From the NCBI GenBank assembly GCA_963725865.1, contig CAVSAC010000010.1, forward strand, positions 896,001 to 960,000: 64,000 bases of DNA, written 5' to 3'. Source of the stretch: Candidatus Eiseniibacteriota bacterium (lineage in GTDB: Bacteria; Eisenbacteria; RBG-16-71-46). The notes beneath the pieces are model-generated. The model worked only from the letters and a program-made list of their open reading frames with translations. It did no database searches and was not told the origin of the DNA. Positions 11,189-20,019 of the stretch are shown here, in pieces (the first letter of the stretch is position 1; each line of letters starts with the position of its first letter). Made by a program: the position numbers and the translations under genes.

Positions 11189-12690
11189 GGTCGGTCCCGT
11201 GCGCCGCGTGCGCGGGGCGTCGGCGGCGCGCGCCGCCGGCGCCGGGCCGCCGGTGCCGCGGGCCACATGGGCTCCTGCGCGTGCTCGAGGTGTACCGCCA
11301 CGTCGGGGAAGCGCTCGCGCAGGTGGCGCGCGAGCCGCTCGGCGAAGTAGACCGAGCGATGCTGCCCGCCGGTGCAGCCGAACGCCACGCTCAGGTGCGA
11401 GAAGCCGCGCTCGCGGTAGTTGGCAACGTGCGCGTCCACGATCGACGCCACGTGGCTCCAGAACGCCTCGGTCTCGGGCGTGGCCTCCAGGTACGCGGCC
11501 ACCGCCGCGTCGCGACCAGTCGCGCTCGCGAACTCCGGCAGCCGGCCGGGATTCGGCAGCGCGCGGCAGTCGAACACGTGCCCGCCGCCGTGCCCGGAGT
11601 CGTCCGGCGGCAGACCGTGGACGTAGCTGAACGAGCGCACCTGCACGGTCAGGCCCGGCGGTGTCGCGAGCGGCCCGCGGCGGCCGGCCCACGTCTGCAC
11701 GATGTGCCGGAACACGCGCTCCACCTCGGGCAGCTCGACCGGCAGGCCGGCCTCGAGCAGTCCGGCCAGGTTGCGCGCCGCGTGCGGCACGCTCTCGAGG
11801 AAGCGCGGCTTGCGCTCGAAGAAGCCGCGATAGCCGTACGCGCCCATCGCCTGCATGATGCGCACGATCACGTAGCCGCGGTAGTGCTCGAGCAGCCGCG
11901 CGGGCTCCACGCCGGTGAGCGTGGCGTACGCGCGCGCGTAGCGCGCGAGCAGATGCGTGCGCAGATCGTCCGGCAGGTCGGCCTTGGCGTCGAACAGCAG
12001 CGAGGCGATGTCGTACTGCGGCGCGCCGCGCCGGCCGCCCTGGTAGTCGATGAACCACGGCGCGCCGGCGCGCAGCATGATGTTGCGCGACTGGAAGTCG
12101 CGATACAGGAAGCCGCTCGTGTCGGCACCCAGCAGGTGCGCGATGAGCCGGTCGAAGTCGTTCTCGAGGCGCTGCTCGTTGAACGGGATGTGGGCGAGCT
12201 TGAGGAAGTGGTACTTGAAGTAGTTGAGGTCCCACCGCATCGACTGCTCGTCGAACGCGGCGCGCGGATAGGCGACGCTGAAGTCGATAGCCCGCCCGCC
12301 CTCGACCTGGAAGCGCGGCAGCAGCTCGACGACGCGCTCGTAGACCGCCACCATCGCGTCGGGGAACGCGCCGCCCGCGCCCTTCCGCGCGGCCGAGAGC
12401 GCCCCGAACAGCGTGGTGTCGCCCAGGTCCTCCTCGATCCAGAGCCCCTGGTCGACGTCCTCCGCCAGGATCCGCGGCACCGGCAGGCCGAGGCCGTGGA
12501 ACGTGTGCGAGAACGACAGGAACGCGCGGTTCTCGTCCGGGTCGGGACCGATCGCGCCGATCACCGACGCGGGCGCCGCGCCGCGCAGGCGGACGTAGGC
12601 GCGCTGCGAGCCGTCCGCGACCAGCGGTCGCACCTCGGAGGGGGCGCGGCCGAACGTGCGGGTGTAGAACGCGACGAGGGCGTCGTTCAT
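11176..12690 (-). CDS. AmgK-like (APH-family) sugar kinase fused to a RapZ C-terminal domain
   Basis: DGSQRAYVR, EDLGD, LYRDFQSRNIM, IDYQG, YDIASLL; C-term VRSFSY..FDCRALPNPG..FGCTGGQHRSV. Confidence 0.85.
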   Translation of the reverse strand: MNDALVAFYTRTFGRAPSEVRPLVADGSQRAYVRLRGAAPASVIGAIGPDPDENRAFLSFSHTFHGLGLPVPRILAEDVDQGLWIEEDLGDTTLFGALSAARKGAGGAFPDAMVAVYERVVELLPRFQVEGGRAIDFSVAYPRAAFDEQSMRWDLNYFKYHFLKLAHIPFNEQRLENDFDRLIAHLLGADTSGFLYRDFQSRNIMLRAGAPWFIDYQGGRRGAPQYDIASLLFDAKADLPDDLRTHLLARYARAYATLTGVEPARLLEHYRGYVIVRIMQAMGAYGYRGFFERKPRFLESVPHAARNLAGLLEAGLPVELPEVERVFRHIVQTWAGRRGPLATPPGLTVQVRSFSYVHGLPPDDSGHGGGHVFDCRALPNPGRLPEFASATGRDAAVAAYLEATPETEAFWSHVASIVDAHVANYRERGFSHLSVAFGCTGGQHRSVYFAERLARHLRERFPDVAVHLEHAQEPMWPAAPAARRRRRAPPTPRARGARDRPWTR

Positions 12691-12702
12691 GGGCGCAGGA
12701 TA
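12691..12702 (-). promoter_or_regulatory. -10 element 6 nt before ATG (leaderless-type start)
   Basis: TATCCT-GCGCCC-ATG, no Shine-Dalgarno. Confidence 0.5.
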
Positions 12703-12785
12703 GCGAACGCAAGCCTTGGGGGTAAGTGCGACGAGCGGGGTGCCGCGCCTCGAGTCCCGGCCATCGGCGAACGACGACCGCCGAA

Positions 12786-13202
12786 CTACGGGACGCGCTT
12801 GTAGCGAACCACGAACACCTGGGAGCCCTGGGGCGAGGTGAACTCGGTGGGCCGCGAACCCGTGCCCAACTGGTAGCACACGGTGAGAGAGCTCTCCGCG
12901 AATTCGTAGATCGCAGGTATGGTGCGTCCCGCGTTCGGCCCCTCTCGCCCGACGATGTCCATCTTCGCGGGCTTGCTCGGCGCCAGCAGCACGAGTTCAC
13001 CCTTGTCACCCGCAAACTCGTAGGAGCTCGCTGTGAGGTGAAGCATCGCGCCGTTGAACGATGCGACGGGGAACGGCTTGCCCCCCAGCTCCGCGCGCTC
13101 AGGTGACCACGAGCCCTGAAGCCGCGAACCCAGCGACCCATGGCCCACGCAGCCTCCGACCACCAGCGCGACGACCAGCACTGCGATACGACGAGGGTTC
13201 AT
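12786..13202 (-). CDS. Lipoprotein with TIGR03067-like domain
   Basis: Lipobox VGG|C; LQGSW..ELGGK..KMDI..EGPNAG.TI.AIYE..L.VCY..RPTEF pattern; GGAGG RBS. Confidence 0.7.
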   Translation of the reverse strand: MNPRRIAVLVVALVVGGCVGHGSLGSRLQGSWSPERAELGGKPFPVASFNGAMLHLTASSYEFAGDKGELVLLAPSKPAKMDIVGREGPNAGRTIPAIYEFAESSLTVCYQLGTGSRPTEFTSPQGSQVFVVRYKRVP

Positions 13203-13246
13203 GATGCCTCCGAGGTGGGACACGGTGACGCTCCGGCTCCGAACTC

Positions 13247-13633
13247 TCACTGCCCCACCATCGCCTCCATCAGCCGCGCGATCTCCTTCGCCGGGTCCTC
13301 GCAGAGCCCCGAGTGCACGGGCGAGACCTGCAGGATCGTGCTGCGCGGGGCGACCAGCCAGTGCCAGCGCTCGCGCAGGCTGAGCTGGCCGATCGGGCCA
13401 CTGCCGTCGCGGCCGGCGGCGATCAGCGGCACGGCGCGCAGGTGCTCTTCGATCAGCACCAGGTCGGCGCCCGCGAACAGCGCCAGCACGCGCGCGCGAT
13501 CCAGCGCCACGCGCGCCTCGAGGAAGTCGCGCTCGAGGCAGAACAGGATCACCCCGGCGTTGACGAACTCCTCGCGCTCGACGCGCGGCACCACGCGCAG
13601 CACGGCATAGTCAAACGAGAGCGACGCGGGCAC
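13247..13633 (-). CDS. DUF3037 domain protein
   Basis: FDYAVLRVVPRVEREEFVNAGVILFC..ERWHWLVAPRSTILQVSPVHSGLC signature; GTG 13633 after GGAGG. Confidence 0.9.
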   Translation of the reverse strand: MPASLSFDYAVLRVVPRVEREEFVNAGVILFCLERDFLEARVALDRARVLALFAGADLVLIEEHLRAVPLIAAGRDGSGPIGQLSLRERWHWLVAPRSTILQVSPVHSGLCEDPAKEIARLMEAMVGQ

Positions 13634-14391
13634 GTTCGGCCTCCTCCGTGAATGCGGGCGCGGCCGCGAGCCGCCGCGCGAGCCAGCGGGCGTAGGCGGC
13701 GCGGTACTCGGCGGGCGTGGCGAAGCGCGGCTCGTCGGCGAGCCAGTCGTCGGGGATCTGCGCGAGCACGCGCTCGACCACCTCGCGCCCGAGCATCGGC
13801 GCCAGCCGCTCGCCGCGCCTCGCCGAGCCGCGACGCCCAGCGCAGCAGCACGTGGTCCTTCACGGCGGCGAACGGGTCGCGGCTGCGCGCCTCCTCGTCG
13901 GCCCACGTGTGGTGGAAGTAGAGCGACGAGCCGTGATCGATCAGCCACAGGTTGCGGTGCCAGGTGAGCAGGTTGGGATTGCGCGCGGTGCGATCGACGT
14001 TGGTGGCGAACGCGTCCATCCACACCACGGCCGAGGCCTCGTCGGCGGCGGGCGCGGGGCCCGCGACGGGATCGAACGTGATGCTGCCGGGCAGGTAGTC
14101 GACACCGAGGTTCAGGCCCACGCTGCCGCGCAGCAGCTCGCGGATCTCGGCGTCGGGCTCGTTGCGCCCGAGCACGGCGTCCACCTGCACGAGCACCAGC
14201 TCGGGCACCCGCAGGCCGGCGGCGCGGGCCAGCTCCCCGGTGATCAGCTCGGCGACCAGCGCCTTGGTGCGATGGCCGGCCGCGCGGAACTTGACCACGT
14301 AGAGCCCGCAGTCGTCGGCCTCGACGATGGCGGGCAGCGAGCCGCCCTCGCGCAGCGGCGTCACGTAGCGGGTGGCGGTCACGGTCCTCAT
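13611..14391 (-). CDS. HipA-like kinase (HipA_2 type); frameshift at ~13815
   Basis: TPLREGGSLP, YVVKF, LVAE, NVDRTARNPNLL, LWLIDHG; C-terminal part continues in ORF 13611-13796. Confidence 0.85.
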
Positions 14392-14404
14392 GCGTGCCAG
14401 ACTA
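14392..14404 (-). promoter_or_regulatory. -10 element 7 nt before ATG (leaderless-type start)
   Basis: TAGTCT-GGCACGC-ATG, no Shine-Dalgarno. Confidence 0.45.
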
Positions 14405-14518
14405 ACCCAGCGCCGCGGCGGGTCGAAACCACGCGGCGGCGAGGACCGGCGGCCGCGCAGGCCCGCTCGGCGCCCTTGCCGGCCCCCCCCGCCGGCTCCA
14501 CGCCGCCCGACTCAGTCG

Positions 14519-14546
14519 TTGACCGATCGGGAACCCGCACTAGAGT
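14519..14546 (+). promoter_or_regulatory. Putative sigma70-type promoter
   Basis: TTGACC-N16-TAGAGT. Confidence 0.5.
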
Positions 14547-14611
14547 CATGCGGTGTGGGAGGGCTCGGAATCCCGAGCACCTCATGCCCCCGGGCCGCAG
14601 AGAGGTTTGCA

Positions 14612-17053
14612 ATGCACGGTCTCGTGTCGTCCTCCGCTCGAATGGGCCGCCGGACACTGGTGACGATCGCCGCACTGTGGCTCGCTCCCGCAGTGGCGCT
14701 CGCGCAATCGGTGGACACCACGCTGTGGGTCACCGACGGATGGGTCTCGTCGCTCGCGCGCTCGGGCAACACGCTCTACGTGGGCGGCAGCTTCACCCGC
14801 CTGGGGCCCGCCACCGGCAGCGCCGTGCCGCTCAGCGTCACGAGCGGCACTCCGGTCGCGCCGTACGCCAAGGTCGCCGGCAGCGTGAAGTGCGCGATCC
14901 CGGACGGCGCGGGTGGCTGGTATCTCGGGGGCACGTTCGTCGCGCTGGGCGGCGTGCCGCGCGCCAACCTGGCGCACGTGCTGAGCGACGGCACCGTCGC
15001 CGCGTTCGACCCCGCGCCCGACAGCGCGGTGGTGGCGCTGGCGCTGAGCGGCTCCACACTCTACGTGGGCGGCACGTTCAACCACGTCGGCGGCCAGGCG
15101 CGCAGCAAGCTCGCGGCGCTCGACGCGGCCAGCGGGCTCGCGACCGCGTGGGATCCGAACCCGCAGCTCGGCGGGGGCTATCCCAGCGTGGTCGCGTTGG
15201 CGTTGACCGCGAACTCGGTCATCGTCGCCGGGCGCTTCTCCACCATCGGCGGAGCGACGCGCCCCGGCCTGGCGATGATCGACGCGTCGAGCGGCCTGGC
15301 GTCGGGCTGGAATCCCAACCCGAACGGACCGCCGACCGCGGTGCTGGTCGACGGCACGAAGGTCTTCGTGAGCGGCATGTTCGGGAGCATCGGCGGCCAG
15401 CCGCGCAGCGACCTCGCGGCGCTCGACCTCGCGACGGGCGCGGCCACGGCGTGGAACCCGGGCGCGAACGGCCCGGCGCTCAGCATGGCGCTCGACGCCG
15501 GCACGCTCTACGTCGGGGGCAGCTTCACGAGCATGGGCGGGCAGCCGCGCAACTACATCGCGGCCATCGATACCGCGAGCGGCCTGGCGACCGCGTGGAA
15601 CCCGGATGCCGAGCTGCCGGTCTGGCCGTTCGGGGTGGTGCACGCGCTGGCGGTCAGCGGCTCGACGGTGTTCGCGGGCGGCGGATTCACGAGCATCGGC
15701 GGGCAGCCGCGCAGCTACCTCGCGGCGCTCGATGCCGCGAGCGGTGCGGCCACCGCGTGGGATCCGGACGTGAGCGGCGTCGTCGAGGCGCTGGCGGTGA
15801 GCGGTTCCACGGTGTTCGTCGGCGGGTCGTTCACGTTGCTTGGCGGCGTGCGCCGGAGCGACCTCGCGGCGATCGACCTTGCCACCGGCATGCCCACCGC
15901 CTGGGATCCGAATCCGACCGGGACCAACTACTCGGGCGGCACGGTGCTCGCGCTCGCGACCGACGGCGCGACGGTCTACGCGGGCGGCTACTTCGACCAC
16001 ATCGGCGATCAGCCGCGAAGCGCCATCGCCGCGATCGATGCGGCCACCGGGCTCGCGACCGCGTGGAATCCCGACGCGGTCGGCCCATGGTACAGCCCCG
16101 CCACGGCGGTCACCTGCCTCGACCTGGAGGGCGCCACGCTCTACGCGGGCGGCTACTTCGAGACCATCGGCGGAGCGGGGCGCCACACGCTCGCGGCGCT
16201 CGACACCGGAACCGGGCTCGCCACCGCGTGGGCGCCGGCGACCGCCGGCGGCCCCGTGAATCAGATCGCCGCCGTTGGCTCGGTGGTGTACGTGGCGAGC
16301 CAGGGCGGCTTCTGGGCGTTCGACGCCGGCAACGCCAGCCAGCTGTGGAGCGCGCCGCTCACCGCGTACGGGGTGGCGCCGCTCGGTTCGAGCGTGTTCG
16401 TCGCGGGCTACTTCTCGAGCGTCGGCGGCGAACCTCACAACTGGGTCGCGGCGCTGGAGGCGGCCGGCGGCGGGGTCCTGCCCTGGGACCCGAACGCGGA
16501 CGACCGCGTGAACGCGGTGGCGACCTCGGGGTCCGCGGTGCTGGTGAGCGGCCAGTTCTCGCACATCGGAGGACAGGCGCGCCGCGGCATCGCGACACTC
16601 GACGCGACGAGTGGCCTGGCCACGGACTGGGACGCGAAGTCGAACGGCAGCGCGTCGGCCTTCCTGACCGACGGAACGACGCTCTACCTCGGGGGCTCGT
16701 TCACCGCGATCCGGGATCGTCCCAGCGGCGGACTGGCCGCGCTCACCTCGACGACGACGGCAGGCGGGCCGGCGGCGTCGGTCGGCCCAGCCGTGGCGCT
16801 GGCTCAGAGCCTGCCCAACCCGGCGGGCGCCGGTGCCTCGATCCGCTTCTCCCTGCCCGCCGCGATGGCCGTGCGCCTCGCGGTCTACGACCTGCAGGGT
16901 CGCCGCATCGAGACCCTGCTGGATTCCGCGCGCTATCCAGCGGGCGAGCACCGGATCCCGGTGGCGACCGCGCGCTGGCGGCCGGGCATCTACCTCTACC
17001 GCTTGGAGACGCCGCGTGCCACACTCACACGCAGGTTGGTGGTCGCGCACTAG
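14612..17053 (+). CDS. Secreted beta-propeller repeat protein with C-terminal FlgD-Ig/T9SS-like domain
   Basis: Signal peptide ..ALA|QS; about eleven ~55-aa repeats V.ALA..G.TLYVGG.F..IGGQPR..LAALD..TG.ATAW(D/N)P; C-term LPNP..VYDLQGRRI..PGIYLYRL. Confidence 0.85.
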   Translation: MHGLVSSSARMGRRTLVTIAALWLAPAVALAQSVDTTLWVTDGWVSSLARSGNTLYVGGSFTRLGPATGSAVPLSVTSGTPVAPYAKVAGSVKCAIPDGAGGWYLGGTFVALGGVPRANLAHVLSDGTVAAFDPAPDSAVVALALSGSTLYVGGTFNHVGGQARSKLAALDAASGLATAWDPNPQLGGGYPSVVALALTANSVIVAGRFSTIGGATRPGLAMIDASSGLASGWNPNPNGPPTAVLVDGTKVFVSGMFGSIGGQPRSDLAALDLATGAATAWNPGANGPALSMALDAGTLYVGGSFTSMGGQPRNYIAAIDTASGLATAWNPDAELPVWPFGVVHALAVSGSTVFAGGGFTSIGGQPRSYLAALDAASGAATAWDPDVSGVVEALAVSGSTVFVGGSFTLLGGVRRSDLAAIDLATGMPTAWDPNPTGTNYSGGTVLALATDGATVYAGGYFDHIGDQPRSAIAAIDAATGLATAWNPDAVGPWYSPATAVTCLDLEGATLYAGGYFETIGGAGRHTLAALDTGTGLATAWAPATAGGPVNQIAAVGSVVYVASQGGFWAFDAGNASQLWSAPLTAYGVAPLGSSVFVAGYFSSVGGEPHNWVAALEAAGGGVLPWDPNADDRVNAVATSGSAVLVSGQFSHIGGQARRGIATLDATSGLATDWDAKSNGSASAFLTDGTTLYLGGSFTAIRDRPSGGLAALTSTTTAGGPAASVGPAVALAQSLPNPAGAGASIRFSLPAAMAVRLAVYDLQGRRIETLLDSARYPAGEHRIPVATARWRPGIYLYRLETPRATLTRRLVVAH

Positions 17054-17084
17054 GCGCCGGACCGCCGCACCCAGGAGGATGCAC

Positions 17085-17807
17085 ATGAATTCGCGGCCGC
17101 ATCGGGGTCCGATCGCATTGCTCACGCTCGGCCTGGCGCTCGCGCTGCTCCCCGCGATCGCGTCCGCGGCGGACTGGCTGCCGCTCGTCGATGGCATGCA
17201 CTGGGACTATCGCAGCGCCAACTTCCAGGAGACCCAGATCATCACCGGCACCAGGACACTGCTCGGGCGCACCCTGTACGTGAAGTCGTTCGTCGGCGGA
17301 CCGGACTCCGGGCTCCAGAACTTCTGGCAGGTGGCCCCCGATGGCAGCGTGCTGCTGGGCGGGTTCGACAACGTGAGCGCGGGGCTCGCGCTCGCCTACG
17401 ATCCCCCGTTCCCGGTGCTCCAGACGCCGCCGTCGCTGGGGCTGACCTGGTCGACGCACAGCGTCGCCCGCCTGATTCCGTCGATGGTCGAGTACGCGAC
17501 GATCGACCTGAACTGGGAGGTGTCGGAAGACGTCGTGCTGGAGGTGCCGGCGGGCAGCTTCCACGCTTTCGGCGTCGGGCAGGTGCCCCCGACCGCCGCC
17601 AAGGTGATGGCGGGCGGCCGGGCGTTCACGCTCGACGGCCGCCTCGTAGCGGATCCGGGCAAGGCCGCTGTTGCCACCGATTGGTACTCCGAGGGCGTCG
17701 GGGAGGTGCAGTTCCTGGCGTCCGACCTCTTCCAGCTCGTCGCGTTCGGTCCGCCGCTGCCGGCCACCGCGTCCACCTGGGGACGCGTCAAGCAGCTCTA
17801 CCGGTGA
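17085..17807 (+). CDS. Secreted hypothetical protein with C-terminal TWGRVKQLYR tail
   Basis: AGGAGG RBS; signal peptide ..ASA|ADWLPL; VPAGSF and WYSEGVGEV motifs typical of all-beta secreted proteins. Confidence 0.8.
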   Translation: MNSRPHRGPIALLTLGLALALLPAIASAADWLPLVDGMHWDYRSANFQETQIITGTRTLLGRTLYVKSFVGGPDSGLQNFWQVAPDGSVLLGGFDNVSAGLALAYDPPFPVLQTPPSLGLTWSTHSVARLIPSMVEYATIDLNWEVSEDVVLEVPAGSFHAFGVGQVPPTAAKVMAGGRAFTLDGRLVADPGKAAVATDWYSEGVGEVQFLASDLFQLVAFGPPLPATASTWGRVKQLYR

Positions 17808-17875
17808 GGCCCGCCGCGGACTGAGCCGCCGGGGCTGCCGACGGATTGCGAGGCCCTCGGGGCCGTACGCCGGCG

Positions 17876-19456
17876 CTACGCGGGCCCTAGCTCCTCGCGC
17901 AGCGCGTCGGCCGCGCGCAGGGCGAGCGCCACCGCGGTCAGCGTGGGGTTCACCGCGCCGCCGGCGCCGACGAAGCTGCCGAGCCCGAGCGTCCACAGGC
18001 CCTGCGTGCCGTGCACGCGGCCGAGCCCATCGGTCACGCTGTCGGCCTCGGTCCGGCCCATGCGCGTGGTGCCCATGTGGTGGGCGAACGTCGCGAAGTC
18101 GGCGATCGGACGGTAGAGCCACTCGTACGCGCCGGTCGTCTTCGCGACCTGCTCGAAGATCTCGGTGCCCCACGCGTACGAGCGCTGGTCGAACTCGTCG
18201 AGCGCGTACTGGACGTGCGGGACCGGATCGCCGAAGCGATCCTGGAAGGTGGTCGAGAGGCTCACGCGCTTGGCGGGGCTGGTCGAGGACTCGGCGTGGA
18301 TCGCCACGCGCCGGCAGTGGCGCAGGATCTCGAGTCGCTTCACCACCTCCGGGCCGCTGGTCTCCTGCGCGGCGTCGTGCACGTGCGCGCTCCAGACGTT
18401 CGACGGCAGCTCGATCTTGATCCCGCCGAGCTTGCCGCGGTCCTTGGGCTCGCAGAACTGCTGGCTCTGGCCGGTCCACCAGCCGACCTGGCCGGCGAAC
18501 ATCGGCTCCTTCCAGTGCATGTGGCCGCTCCACACGTGGTGGAACACCAGATTGGCGCCCACGTGCCCGCCGCCGTTGCCGAGACCGTCCGGGTGCCGCG
18601 CGTCCTTCGAGAGCAGCAGCAGCCGCGCGGAATCGAACGCCCCGGCCCCGACGATCACCAGGTCGAACGGCAGCTCGCGGTCGGCGGCCTCGGAGTGCGC
18701 GCGCACGAGCAGCGCGCGCACGCGGCCCTGGGCGTCGGCCACGATGCGCCGCACCGAGGTGTCGGGCAGGATCCGGCAGCGTCCGGTGGCGACCGCGCGC
18801 TGCAGGTGGTGGTTGGGCGAGTACCGCACGCCGATCGGGCACAGCTCGCACTCGCCGATGTTCATGCACGCGGGCCGGCCGTCGTAGGCGAGCCGGGTGC
18901 GCGCCTGCGGCGTGCTGTGCATGTGGATGCCGCCCTTCGCGAGCAGCGCGACCATGCGGTGATCGTCCGCCGTGAGCGGAAACGGCGGCAGCGGGTAGGG
19001 CCGCGAGCGCGGCGGCGCGAACGGGTTGTCGTCGTCGGTGCCCGAGACGCCGATGAACGACTCGGCCGCGCAGTACCAGGGCTCCACCTCGTCGTAGCCG
19101 ATCGGCCAGTCGGCCCCGAAGCCGAACGTGGAGCGCAGCGTGAAGTCGTGCGGGCGCATCCGCATGGTGAGGCCGGCCCACTGGGTCGCGCTGCCGCCCA
19201 CGCCCATCACGCGCTCGGCGGTCAGGTCGCGCACGTAGTCGCCGCTCTGCGTGAGCTTGCGCAGGTCGTGGGCGGCGCGGAAGCGCTCGTCGTCGATCCC
19301 GTGCATCACGCTGGCTTCGAACTGCGGCTGGTGCGGGTACGGCAGGTCGGGGCCCCGCTCGAAGATCACGACCTCGTGCCCGTGGCGCGTGAACGTGTCG
19401 GCGAACGCCGCGGCGACGATGCCGGCGCCCACGATCGCGATGCGCGGCGCGCTCAC
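17876..19456 (-). CDS. GMC-family FAD oxidoreductase large subunit
   Basis: IAIVGAGIVA..FERG, GVGGSATQW, Cys cluster CMNIGECELCP, HHMGTTRMG, VNPTLT; GTG start overlaps the upstream stop. Confidence 0.9.
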   Translation of the reverse strand: MSAPRIAIVGAGIVAAAFADTFTRHGHEVVIFERGPDLPYPHQPQFEASVMHGIDDERFRAAHDLRKLTQSGDYVRDLTAERVMGVGGSATQWAGLTMRMRPHDFTLRSTFGFGADWPIGYDEVEPWYCAAESFIGVSGTDDDNPFAPPRSRPYPLPPFPLTADDHRMVALLAKGGIHMHSTPQARTRLAYDGRPACMNIGECELCPIGVRYSPNHHLQRAVATGRCRILPDTSVRRIVADAQGRVRALLVRAHSEAADRELPFDLVIVGAGAFDSARLLLLSKDARHPDGLGNGGGHVGANLVFHHVWSGHMHWKEPMFAGQVGWWTGQSQQFCEPKDRGKLGGIKIELPSNVWSAHVHDAAQETSGPEVVKRLEILRHCRRVAIHAESSTSPAKRVSLSTTFQDRFGDPVPHVQYALDEFDQRSYAWGTEIFEQVAKTTGAYEWLYRPIADFATFAHHMGTTRMGRTEADSVTDGLGRVHGTQGLWTLGLGSFVGAGGAVNPTLTAVALALRAADALREELGPA

Positions 19457-20019
19457 GCCTCGGGACCCCGGCGCAGCGTGATCGAGCGCGGCACCCCCGG
19501 CCAGGCCGGATAGCCGATGCGCACCCACGCGTCGGTCGAGGCGAACTGCGCGAGGATCGCGCGCACGACGTGCTCGCTGCTGCGCGCCTGCTCGTGCGCG
19601 GCGAGCCCGCGCCACGCGCGCCGCCAGCCGCGGATCGGGCGCACCGCGGCGAGCGCCTCGCGCTGCCGGTCGCGCGGCAGCGTCTCGAAGCCGGGCGCGC
19701 CGGCGCGGCGCGCCTCGGCGTCGAGGAACGCGACGAAGCACTCGGTGAGGGCGCGATGGCCGGGCAGTCGCTCCGCGCGCCAGCGCAGGCTCGCGACGTA
19801 CGGCGCCGGGTCGACCGGATCCCCGAGCAGCGCCGGCACCACCGCGGCCAGCACCGCGCCCGCGCGGGTCGACAGCGGCCCCGGCGCCGAGCGGTCCGGC
19901 GGCGCGTAGAGCACCCAGCGGCGCAGCGCGCGCCGCTGCGTCCACGCGGCTCCGGCCGCCACCGCGAGCGCGGCGGCGCCGGTCAGCGTCAGGAAGCGAC
20001 GCCGTCCGATCGGCGTCAC
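19453..20019 (-). CDS. Tat-signal small subunit (gluconate 2-dehydrogenase subunit 3-like)
   Basis: GRRRFL twin-arginine signal; F..L....Q..AL and AWVRIGYPAWPG C-terminus; lies directly before the GMC gene. Confidence 0.7.
   Translation of the reverse strand: MTPIGRRRFLTLTGAAALAVAAGAAWTQRRALRRWVLYAPPDRSAPGPLSTRAGAVLAAVVPALLGDPVDPAPYVASLRWRAERLPGHRALTECFVAFLDAEARRAGAPGFETLPRDRQREALAAVRPIRGWRRAWRGLAAHEQARSSEHVVRAILAQFASTDAWVRIGYPAWPGVPRSITLRRGPEA

Noticed and set aside
14760..16720. Regularly spaced DNA repeats that could mimic a CRISPR array
   Set aside because: They are degenerate in-frame protein repeats of a beta-propeller; no cas genes and no identical repeats
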